DNA of 62,805 nt, counting the filler, from Diploschistes diacapsis (Eukaryota): assembly GCA_023645945.1 (NCBI GenBank). It is 17 parts of 17 records of this genome, joined end to end, with 100 filler letters (N's around TTAATTAATTAA, not from the genome) between each part and the next. Parts side by side here need not be neighbours in the genome. Positions count along the whole stretch, not along the records: positions 51,552 to 52,872 come from JALAIB010003320.1; positions 52,973 to 54,292 come from JALAIB010003321.1; positions 54,393 to 55,712 come from JALAIB010003322.1; positions 55,813 to 57,131 come from JALAIB010003323.1; positions 57,232 to 58,550 come from JALAIB010003324.1; positions 58,651 to 59,969 come from JALAIB010003325.1; positions 60,070 to 61,387 come from JALAIB010003326.1; positions 61,488 to 62,805 come from JALAIB010003327.1; 9 more parts are not named here. The stretch is one strand, 5' to 3'. The notes beneath the pieces are model-generated. The model was not told the origin of the DNA. It ran no database searches and was given only the letters and a program-made list of their open reading frames with translations. Positions 52,491-62,805 of the stretch are shown piece by piece (within the stretch, counting starts at the first letter, position 1; each line of letters starts with the position of its first letter). Position numbers and translations under genes: made by a program.

Positions 52491-52872
52491 TAGGCTGGCC
52501 GTTTCGTGCCACGGTCACTGACACGGACACTGCAGCAAAAATTTTCAAAACATGGACACTGACACGGACACTACAGCTAAAAATTTAAAACACGGATACT
52601 GACACGGACACTGCATTTCCGTAAATCCACGGACACGGACACCGCAATTAAAAAATCTAAAACACTGATACTGACACGGACACTACATTGCAGTGAATCC
52701 ACCGAAACACCGCGGTAAAATTTTTTAAAAAAAATGAAAGCGTAAGAAATAGGCGTGATAATTCCAGAATTAATAAAATTAAAAAAATATTTAAAAGTGT
52801 TTCGGTGAATGCACGGACACCGATACCGTAATAAAAAAAATTTCGGCACGGACATTAATACGGATATTATAT
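52491..52872 (+). mobile_element. hAT-like transposon end (least mutated copy)
   Basis: TAGGCTGGCCGTTTCGTGCCACGGTCACTGACACGGACAC plus subterminal repeats. Confidence 0.72.
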
Positions 52873-53589
52873 NNNNNNNNNNNNNNNNNNNNNNNNNNNN
52901 NNNNNNNNNNNNNNNNTTAATTAATTAANNNNNNNNNNNNNNNNNNNNNNNNNNNNNNNNNNNNNNNNNNNNTCTTTATTGACGATAATTCGTAATATCG
53001 TTTAATATTTTTCTATTAAGTTAAAAATATAATCGCCGTTTTTACCCGTCGCTAAATAATTATTAAACGACGCGTAATAACGAACGCGGAATAATAAATC
53101 GCGAAAACGAAAATAAAAATCGAAAAACTTTTTAAATAAATTAAAACCGTCGTAGCGTAAAACATATCGACGGCGATACGCCGCGTAATCGAAACCGAGT
53201 TATTTAAAACGGAAATACGCGTAAAGGAAACTAAGCTAAAAATAACGAAAATAAAGACGACGGCGCGAACGATAATAAAGACGATCGAAAAAAAAAAGGC
53301 GACGCTCCGATTAAATAAGGGTTAACGGTAGAAATATAAACGACGACGGTAAGTAAAGGTTAGCTATTATAAATCTATATATAACATATTATTGAAATAT
53401 ATCGAGTCTATTTCCGATCGAAGCGATTTAAAGAAAACGTCGAGAAATTATAATATCGTATTTAAATATATATTAAAGCCGCGACGTTGACGGAATTTTA
53501 TAAATAAAGACGAGGTCTCCGCGAGTTTTTTAATATAAGGGAAAAGACGTACTTCGACGTTAATTAAATTCTTAAAAAACGTTAATATA

Positions 53590-54292
53590 TGTTGAACAAA
53601 CAGGCAGAAGGCATGACTGGGAGTATAATTGAGTTCTAGAAGGAGGTTTAGTTCGGCTGAATTCCGAGGTTTAGTTTAGCTGAATTTCTTGGAATTCCAA
53701 CTAGACCGAATAAGGAATATTATAAGTAATAGGGCTTAGAGTATTTTACGATGATAAAAGTCTATAAAGTAAGGTAATTTTCTTAATAAGACTTTTAAAC
53801 TTTAATATATCTATTACGTTATTAAATAGGTTATGAATTCGGATTAGTATCTGTTTTATTACGCTTAATCGTTTATTGAAACTACGTTTCCTAGCAATTG
53901 TTACGGTTACGAACGCGGGTACCGATTACGTTATTTAACGTAGATTAAATCGAAAAAATTTAAAAGCTTAGGATCTAAATTATAAGATTTTAGGGTAAGT
54001 TGATTTAAAGGTAGAAGTTATATTACTTTAAAAGAACGCGGGATCTTAATACGCTGGCCTAGGATAGGTCTAAATAAGAAATAATTGGATCTAGATATCA
54101 TTTATATAGGCTAACGAAAAACAATTTCCTTCTTTTCTCGATAATATCGAAGTTTAATTAAATTTCGATTGTTATCGAAAGAGAAGGAGGTTGTTTTTCG
54201 TTAGTTTATATAAATGATATCTGGATCTAATTATTTTTTATTTAGATCTATCCTAGGCCAGCGTATTAAGATCCCGCGTTCTTTTAAAGTAA
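53590..54292 (+). mobile_element. Copia 5' LTR (53590-53828), PBS and leader ending in an inverted duplication
   Basis: TGTTGA-initiated LTR followed by GGTTATGA PBS; copies at 57713-57953 and 59556-59748 on the minus strand; related LTR subfamily at 25075-25196, from 54511, and 59050-59199. Confidence 0.8.
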
Positions 54293-54738
54293 NNNNNNNN
54301 NNNNNNNNNNNNNNNNNNNNNNNNNNNNNNNNNNNNTTAATTAATTAANNNNNNNNNNNNNNNNNNNNNNNNNNNNNNNNNNNNNNNNNNNNGATTAACG
54401 AAACTATTAAATTATATTAAATACGACATGTTCGTTAAAGGACTTAGACTAATATAAAGGGTATCCAGTTGGATCAGATGAACATGCCGATAATTCCGCC
54501 CGTGGAAGAGTATTGAGCAGGTAGACAGAATGCATGGCTGGGAAGTTCAGCTGAACCTCAGGTTCAGGTTCAATTCGGCTGAACCTACTGGGGTTCCTGT
54601 TAATCCTAATCGGGAGTAGTGCAAGTCTATAGGGCTTAGTGGATCCTATTGGTATAAGAGTTTATATGTGGACTATTCCTTCTAGTTAGATCTCTAGATT
54701 CTAGACTTCAATACATGCGTTGCCCAAAAGATGAACTT

Positions 54739-55420
54739 ATACGTAATTAGGATTAGCTTCGGAGTTTATCGGCCTTATAGGTCAGAGTAATAATCATAAA
54801 CGATTAATTATTTAATCGAGAATAAGAGCGTCGTTTTAGTTAGAACAAGATTATTGGATTAGAATTTCGTTACCGCATTAATTATGTGAAGAATATATAA
54901 AATATAAGATATATAAATAACGACGTTATGGATCTTGATATTTTAATTAATAAATCTCGGCTTAATTAGAAGAAAGGAGTTAAAAGATTTAACGGGGGAC
55001 CTTTAGTTAAAGGAAAGAAATGTTTTAAATGTGGTCAGATAGGTTACTTCGCTCGAGATAATAGATCTAAAAATAAATTTATACGTAATTAAAATTAGTT
55101 TCGGAGTTTATCGATCCTTTAAATTAAAATAATAATTATAAACGACCGAGTATTTAATCGAGAATAAGAGCGTCGTTTTAGTTAGAACAAGATTATTGGA
55201 TTAGAATTTCGTTACCGTATTAATTATATAAAGAATATATAAAATATAAGATATATAAACAACGACGTTATAAATTTTAATATTTTAATTAATAAACCCC
55301 GGCTTAATTAAAAGAAAGGAGCTAAGGGATTTAACGGGGGACCTTTAGTTAAAGGAAAGAAGTATTTCGAATATAGCAAGATAAGTTATTTCGCTCGAAA
55401 TTGTCGATTAAAGAACAAGA
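54739..55420 (+). repeat. About 342-bp tandem duplication containing a gag CCHC zinc knuckle
   Basis: Units start at 54739 and 55081; KGKKCFKCGQIGYFARD in the first unit. Confidence 0.75.
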
Positions 55421-56423
55421 TCGTTAGGAAGGATATCTTAGCCGCGATAGATTAACATTTCAACGTAATTATAGTTATTGTTATAGAGGATTATCCGACC
55501 GACGGATAACCTTAGAAGGAAGTTATAATTAACTCGGATATTATAATCTGGCAGGGCGATACCGACGACTTAATTAATAAAATTATCGAAATCACGTCTT
55601 TATTAATTATAATATTAATTACGTAGGTTTCGAAAGATAACGATATTCCGAATCTAGATATAACGGAATATAGGGAATTAGTTTAGATATGCGATCTAAT
55701 TTCTGACGTTAGNNNNNNNNNNNNNNNNNNNNNNNNNNNNNNNNNNNNNNNNNNNNTTAATTAATTAANNNNNNNNNNNNNNNNNNNNNNNNNNNNNNNN
55801 NNNNNNNNNNNNCATATACTTAAATCGAAGTATGTTGAATTTATAACGTTTCGTAAAGAAAACCGAAAGTAAAAAACGTTTTTTAATAATTATAGGAAAC
55901 GTAAATTAAATAAACGAATCGAATTAGAAGGTCGTTTTATATTTAATATAAAGGAAATATTTAAAATAATAATTCGGGTTAAATCGAGTCGAACAATTTC
56001 GAAATGATTTATAACGCGTAAAAAACATCGTCGCGTTTCTAAAATCGCGGAGGATAAAGAGGAAAAAGATAGATTCGATTCGGATCGATTAGATTCTAAT
56101 TACGACAAATAGGTTATATTTAAAAACCGTAGAATGTTGGCGGTAGTGATTTGAAGTAGCCGAGCTTTGGGGGTGGCCGAGCTGACCGTGAAACAAGTTA
56201 ATTTAATTCGTTTTTTATTTAATCTTTCCTATTGTTTCTAGTTTCAATTGACAATTGAAGAGATCTAAATTCTGCTTTTCGTTCGTTAATAACGGATATT
56301 TATCTCGTTATCAATTTGTTATTTACTTTTTTCGAAAACGGTTTCTTAAAAATCTTAATCGTTTCAAATATTCGATCTTATCGGTCAATATTCTATTAAT
56401 ATTTTTCATTCATTCGAAGCATA

Positions 56424-57131
56424 ACGTATGTGTATAGCGAGCGGACATTCATAGCGAGCGGACATTCATAGCGAGCGGACATTCATAGCGAGCGGACATT
56501 CATAGCGAGCGGATATCTCCCATCCGATTTTATGAACTTTCAGCTTTTGTATTAATTTTCTACGCGTACGATTCTGGAATCATCTTTAATTAAAAATAGA
56601 ATCATAATAGCATTTTAAATTATTAAATAAGATTTAAATCATAATATAAAACTCGTGTTTTAGATATATAAGGTTTTTCGTACTAGGTTTATTGCTCGAC
56701 GCGATAGTCGTACTTTAAGACACGATATCTTAATTAATTTAATAAATTTAACTTTTTTAAAAGAAGAAACGATTTTTAAACGTACGATTAATTTAATCGA
56801 ATATAATTTTCCGTCGCGATATAACGATATACGCGATATAATTAATTTAATGCGCGTAACTCCAAATACGCCGTTAATCGGATCACGATAAACATAAAAT
56901 TTCGTACGAATATAAAAAACGTTAAAAATACGATTTTAACGTAAAATCGATTATTAAAAAATATTAATTAAAATCTATAAATCGTACGAAATTAATTCGA
57001 TCTCGTACGTAATATAATTAATAAATATAATATTTTTAATTCGAATATTTATAATTTCGACGAAACCGGCTTTTTTATAAGAATATTAGGTTATATAAAG
57101 GTCGTAATTATTTTGGATCGTAAAAATAGAT
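56424..57131 (+). mobile_element. Second Fot1/pogo family: TA|ACGT terminus with 17-bp tandem repeats and RIP-degraded transposase N-terminus
   Basis: ATAGCGAGCGGACATTC x4.7 at 56434-56513; downstream degraded HTH/CENP-B-like LTFLKEETIFKRTINLIEYNFPSR. Confidence 0.75.
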
Positions 57132-57231
57132 NNNNNNNNNNNNNNNNNNNNNNNNNNNNNNNNNNNNNNNNNNNNTTAATTAATTAANNNNNNNNNNNNN
57201 NNNNNNNNNNNNNNNNNNNNNNNNNNNNNNN

Positions 57232-57953
57232 ATCTTCTATAATAGAAATAAAGATAATCGAAAAGGGTTCGGTAAGGTTTAATTAAACTTCGATGATTAT
57301 TAATAAATCGAGTAGATTTGGCAGCGATTAGCCGAATCTCGAAGGTTATCGATAAATCGAATAGATTCAGTAACGGTTCAACTGAATTTCGATTATTGAT
57401 AAAAGAAAAGAGGAAAGGTTTTTTTTTAGCTTATATAGATAAAAATCTGGATCTAAGTATTTATTATTTAGGTCTATCCTTGGCCAGCGTAATAAGGTCC
57501 CGCGATCTTTTATAATAATATATTTTCTACTTTTGAATCGGTTTATCCTAAGGTTTTATAATTTAGATCTTAAGCTTTCGGATCTTTTCGATTTAATTTA
57601 CGTTAAATAACGTAATCGGTGCTCGCGTTCGTGTTCGTATCAGCTATCGAGAAACGTAGTTTTAATAAACGATTAAGCGTAGTAAAGCAGGTGCAAAACC
57701 GGGCTTATAACCTGTTTGGCAACGTAATGGATATATTGAAGTCTAGAAGTCTTTTTTTTAGGAGATTATCATACTTTGCAGTCTTTTATCCTTGTGGGAT
57801 ACGCTAAGTTCTATTACTTATACTATTCCTTAATCGGTTTAATTAGAATTCCAGGAGGTTTAGCTGAACTGAACCTCGGAGTTCAGCTGAATTGAACCTC
57901 CCTCTGGAACTCAGTCGAACTCCCAGCCATGCCTTCTGCCTGTCTGCTCAACA
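57232..57953 (-). mobile_element. Copia 5' LTR (57713-57953), PBS GGTTATAAGCCCGG and leader
   Basis: TGTTGAGCAG...GCCAAACA LTR immediately followed by the PBS. Confidence 0.82.
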
Positions 57954-58650
57954 AATATAATAAAAAATATATAATAAATTAATTGAATTTAGCGATTATT
58001 TTTACCAAAAAGATTTCGTTGATGGATGTAAATTTAGAAAAAATTATTATAATAGGTATCGTGAAGAACGTTACTGTATCGATCGAAGTTATTATTGTTT
58101 TTTAATCTTTCTTAATAATGGCTCGGATTAATAAGTCGTTTATTTTAAGAACCTTTTATATGTTAATCGTTGCTATATAAATTAATTACGGCTAAAATAG
58201 ATCCATTAAGATTACGATTATAGATCTAGCGTCGGAAAGACAGGTAATTTTTGTTGAAACGTACGGGTCTAGTAAAAGGATCAAGAAGTTATTAGATATC
58301 CCGAACAATAAATGGTCTAAAATTAGGGTTCATAATTAGAAAAACGAGTCGTAAAGACCCTAACCGGGGAAGGTCTTTTTTTCTCATATTCCAAAAAACG
58401 GAGATTAACGGCGGAAGTTTTTTATTTATTTTATTTTTATAATTTTATTTGTTATGTTTAAAATCGGAAAAAATAAAGTTTTTATGTTTAAAAGATCTTA
58501 GGATCTTATGTTTTACTATCGTTATAGAGGAAATATAGTAAGAATTTAATNNNNNNNNNNNNNNNNNNNNNNNNNNNNNNNNNNNNNNNNNNNNTTAATT
58601 AATTAANNNNNNNNNNNNNNNNNNNNNNNNNNNNNNNNNNNNNNNNNNNN

Positions 58651-59041
58651 GTAACCCGTATGCTTAAATTGACGTATACTAAACTCATAACGCTTCGTAA
58701 AGAAAATCGAAAATAAAAACGCTTCTTAATAATCGTAAAAAACGTAAATTAAATAAACGAATCGAATTAAAAGATCGTTTTATATTTAATATAAACGAAG
58801 TTCTTAAAATAACAGTTTGAATTAAATCGAATCGAATAGTTTCGAAACGATTTGTAACGCGTAAAAAACGTCGTCGCGTTTTTAAAATCGAGAAGGATAA
58901 AGAGGAAAAAAATAGATTCGATTTAGATCGATTAGATTCTGATTGCGACGAATAGGTTGTATTTAAAAACCGTAGAATGTTAGCGGTAGTGATTTGAGGT
59001 GGCCGGAATCTGGGGGTGGCCGGAATCCCCGTGAAACACGT
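58651..59041 (+). mobile_element. Fot1/pogo transposase 3' end and TIR
   Basis: Degraded KRIELKDRFIFN segment; TIR GAGGTGGCCGGAATCTGGGGGTGGCCGGAATCCCCGTGAAACACGT followed by TA. Confidence 0.82.
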
Positions 59042-61096
59042 TATATAAACTTTTATATCAATAGGATCTATTTAGTCTTATAAACTTACATTACTCCCGA
59101 TTAGGATTAACAGGAACCCCAGTAGGTTCAGCTAAACTAAACCTGAACCTGAGGTTCAGCTGAACTTCCCAGCCATGCATTCTGCCTGCCTGCTCAACAA
59201 AATCGATAAAATTTAGTAACGGCTTAATTAAATTTCGATATTTCGAAAGAAAGGGGGAAAGATTTTTTTTAATTTATACAAATAACGATCTAGATTTAAG
59301 TACTTTTTATTTTAATATACTTTATGTCAGCGTAATAAAGTCCCGCGATCTTTTATAATAATATATTTTTTATTTTTGAATCGATTTATTTTGAGGTCTT
59401 ATAATTCAGATTTTGGGCTTTCGGATCTCTTCGATTTAACTTGCGTTAAGTAACGTAATCGGTGCTCGCGTTAGTGTCCGTATTAACTACCGGGAGACGT
59501 AATTTTAATAAACAATTAAGCGTAGTAAAGCAGGTGTAAATCCGGGTTTATAACCTGTTTAGTAACGTAATGGATATATTGAAGTTTAGAGGTCTTGTTT
59601 CGGAGGTTATTTTATTTTGCAGACTTTTATCCTCGTGGGATATATTAAGTCTTTCTACCTACACTATTCCTTATTCGGTCTAGTTGGAATTCCAGGAGGT
59701 TCAGCTGAACTGAACCTTCTTCTGGAACTCAGTTGTACTCCCAGCCATTGTTACGATCCAAGTAACTAGGTGATAGTCCACTTGGCACTTCACAGCTGAT
59801 CGGGCCTAACCCAACCACTCCTTATATATAGTCTAATCATAATGACACTAATTACGTGATAAGTAGAAAACTTTAGATGTTATTTTATCTGTTATAAATA
59901 GAACGGGAGAATAATAATTCTATTTATTTATTAATTTATTTTATTAAAGAATAATTAATTATATAAGAANNNNNNNNNNNNNNNNNNNNNNNNNNNNNNN
60001 NNNNNNNNNNNNNTTAATTAATTAANNNNNNNNNNNNNNNNNNNNNNNNNNNNNNNNNNNNNNNNNNNNTTAAAGAAATCCGAGAATAAAAAAATCTTTT
60101 TTAATAATCATAAAAAACGTAAATTAAATAAACGAATTAAATTAAAAGATAGTTTTATATTTAATATAGACGAAGTTTTTAAAATAATAGTTCGGATTAA
60201 ATCGAGTCGAATAATTTCGAAACAATCTATAACGCGTAAAAAACGTCGTCGCGTTTCTAAAATCGAAAAAGATAAAGAAAAGAAAAGTAGATTCGATTTA
60301 GATCGATTAGATTCTGATTACAACGAATAGGTTATATCTAAAAACCGTAGAATGTTAGCGGTAGTGATTTGAGGTGGCCGGAATCTGGAGATGGCCGGAA
60401 TCCCCGTGAAACACGTTATATAATCCCTAACGCGAACATGGCCTATTGCTGACGCCGACGTTTAATATAATGCCTCGTATGTCTAACATGAGGATATTAA
60501 ATATATATTTCGCCTCAATTTTCAGCCACATTTTTAATTGCGTATAACCAGATCGCCGGTTTTTATTATCTTTTATATTGTAAAGGATAAAATGCAGTAG
60601 TGTGATAGTAATGGTCATAGTATCCATGAACTAATCTCTAGAGAAGAAAAGAGGAGATCCCTCTGTAAAAACTCTTCTTATGTGGACCTGCGGCCTTGGC
60701 GCGGCGCTAGGACTGAGTTCCTCCGCTCGCCCGGAGGACTGTCACAGCTATCTGTTACATATATTCTCTCGCGTTGTAAATGATTTTGAAAAAAAATTCA
60801 TCATCGTCGTCGTGTTACGATCCAGGTAGCTAACCCGTCACGTCCCAGCCACTCATTTAGGAACTCACTGACGTTCGCGTCACGTGAGATGTTAAAACGA
60901 GCGGCACCGTTCTATATACTCTTTAGAAATAATAAGCAGCGCTCCTTTTACTTCATAAAAACTATCGTTGGTACTTTTTTCGCTTTTTCGAAATAAAAGA
61001 AATAGGTATTAATACTTCTTTTTAAACTTTAATATATAACTTCGCATTAAAATTACTTATATCCAGCGTATTTACTTTTATCAATATCTTTAATTA

Positions 61097-61387
61097 ACGT
61101 GTTTGACGGTGAGTCCGGCCACCCCCAGAGTCCGGCCACCTCAAATCACTGTTTTCATCTTACATTCGATTTTTTTCAATAATGACTACCTCGCATCGCA
61201 ATAATTCGATTTTAATAAAATTTAATATTAACGATAGTTTATAGATCCTAAAATTATAATAATATATCAATATTCGAGAAACTGCTCGCGTATTTAAAAT
61301 ATCTCGATCGACCATTATAAATCGATTTAATAAAGCTTAATTATACTTTAATAATCACGAAACGATTTAAATCCTTTTAAATTCAAA
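61097..61387 (+). mobile_element. Fot1/pogo 5' TIR and degraded transposase HTH
   Basis: TA|ACGTGTTTGACGGTGAGTCCGGCCACCCCCAGAGTCCGGCCACC; NIRETARVFKISRSTI HTH-psq-like segment. Confidence 0.8.
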
Positions 61388-61487
61388 NNNNNNNNNNNNN
61401 NNNNNNNNNNNNNNNNNNNNNNNNNNNNNNNTTAATTAATTAANNNNNNNNNNNNNNNNNNNNNNNNNNNNNNNNNNNNNNNNNNNN

Positions 61488-62805
61488 CTATAATGTAGTG
61501 TCCGTGGAAGTGTCCGTGCCGAGAAAATTTTCGCGGTAGTGTCCGTGTCAGTGACCGTGGCACGCAACGGCCAGCCTATTATAAACAGTCGTTAATATTA
61601 AATTCTATTAGAATCGAATTATTATTATGCGAGATAATCATTATTAAAAAAGATCGAATATAAGATGAAAATAATGATTTAAAATGGCCGGAATCTGGGG
61701 ATGGCCGGAATCCCCGTGAAACACGTTACGATATCCGTGTCCGTGAATTTACGGAAATATAATATCCCGTGTTAATATCCGTGTTTTAAAATTTTAGCTA
61801 TAATGTCCGTGTCAGTGTCCGTGTTTTAAAATTTTTTGCTGCAGTATCCGTGTCAGTAACCGTGGCACGAAACGGCCAGCCTATTTTAGATTAAACGAAA
61901 AACTAGCCGTCACCTACCAAAATTCTTTAAAACTACTGATTTCAAAGAATAAGACCATATAACTACTGTATAACGTCGAAAAAACATTTTTTTATATTTT
62001 AATTAAGATTTACGCATAAAACCGCTTATAATGATGTTTTTAAAAAACATATTTTTGCTGCGTTTTGACCGACTTTAAACGATTAAATAATACGTGTTTT
62101 CGAGTCGTTATTTTCAATTCGCTTTAAAAAAATAACTGCTGACATGATCAATGTGCACTTTTCGGGTACGATAGATGAGCTACCTAATAGTAATATTTCG
62201 AAAAAAAATCCAAAATAACGATTAAATTCGAAGAGTTATTAAAGATTTAAAATATTTCTTGGCAAAAGTGGCCGGAATCTGGGGGTGGCCCAACTCCCCG
62301 TCAAACACGTTATCGAATTAAGTAGTACTAGTGGTATCAGATTTAACGAGGTCTACCAGGTGCTATATATTGTCGCGAAAATATTAAGAATGGCACATTT
62401 TATATTACGTAAGCGTGGATATCCGTGGCGTGAGAGCTTTAGCGAGCTTTTAACGCTAGGTATCCGGCGCCAAATTAGCGGGTTTTTTACTTAGTACTTT
62501 ACTGCTTCGCTTATGAACTTAGAGGCTACTTGCCGACACATAATATTAAAAAAATGGAATATCCTGAACGTTTATAGGTTCAAGTGTTAAACCCCGTAAG
62601 GCAGTAGGGCTGGCACCCAGACTATTTATTTGTGCCCTACTTCCACCTAGATAGTTCCTTCCTTACCTTTTCGAATCTGAACCATTCAGCCTACAGATGC
62701 CCAGTTACACGTAATCCTTCCGGATCAGGCTCAGCCCCCGGTAGTGTAGCACCTATTCCTGTAGGGGCGTTCTAGATGAAAGTATCTATAAAACATCTTT
62801 CACCT
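61488..62805. mobile_element. Mosaic of hAT-like ends (61578, 61883), pogo TIRs (61726, 62310) and an LTR 3' half
   Basis: Same termini as the families described above. Confidence 0.75.

Noticed and set aside
56434..56513. CRISPR-like repeat array
   Set aside because: Repeats are head-to-tail without spacers, lie in a transposon terminus, and the genome is fungal.

Overview
Filamentous ascomycete (Pezizomycotina) DNA with short GT-AG introns and RIP-mutated repeats. The window is not one locus: 17 contigs are joined by identical 100-bp N-TTAATTAATTAA-N linkers, and the short contigs decrease steadily in length (1327 to 1318 bp), so adjacency across gaps carries no information. Contig 1-20696 carries HAT2, an F-box-like protein, CTK1, an alpha/beta-hydrolase pseudogene, YjbQ, an acid-ceramidase-like Ntn hydrolase, a Pro/Tyr-rich hypothetical gene and nmrA. 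Contig 30764-51451 carries exon 1 of HOS2, a conserved hypothetical gene, a GH5 beta-glucanase, a multicopper oxidase, two convergent nucleotidyltransferase-like genes next to a calcineurin-like phosphoesterase, NOC2 and a decayed OTT_1508-like deaminase. The 15 short contigs are nested RIP-degraded Gypsy, Copia, Fot1/pogo and hAT-like fragments. The best candidate for an undescribed system is the NTase/NTase/phosphoesterase module at 41179-43740; this is an inference from motifs only.
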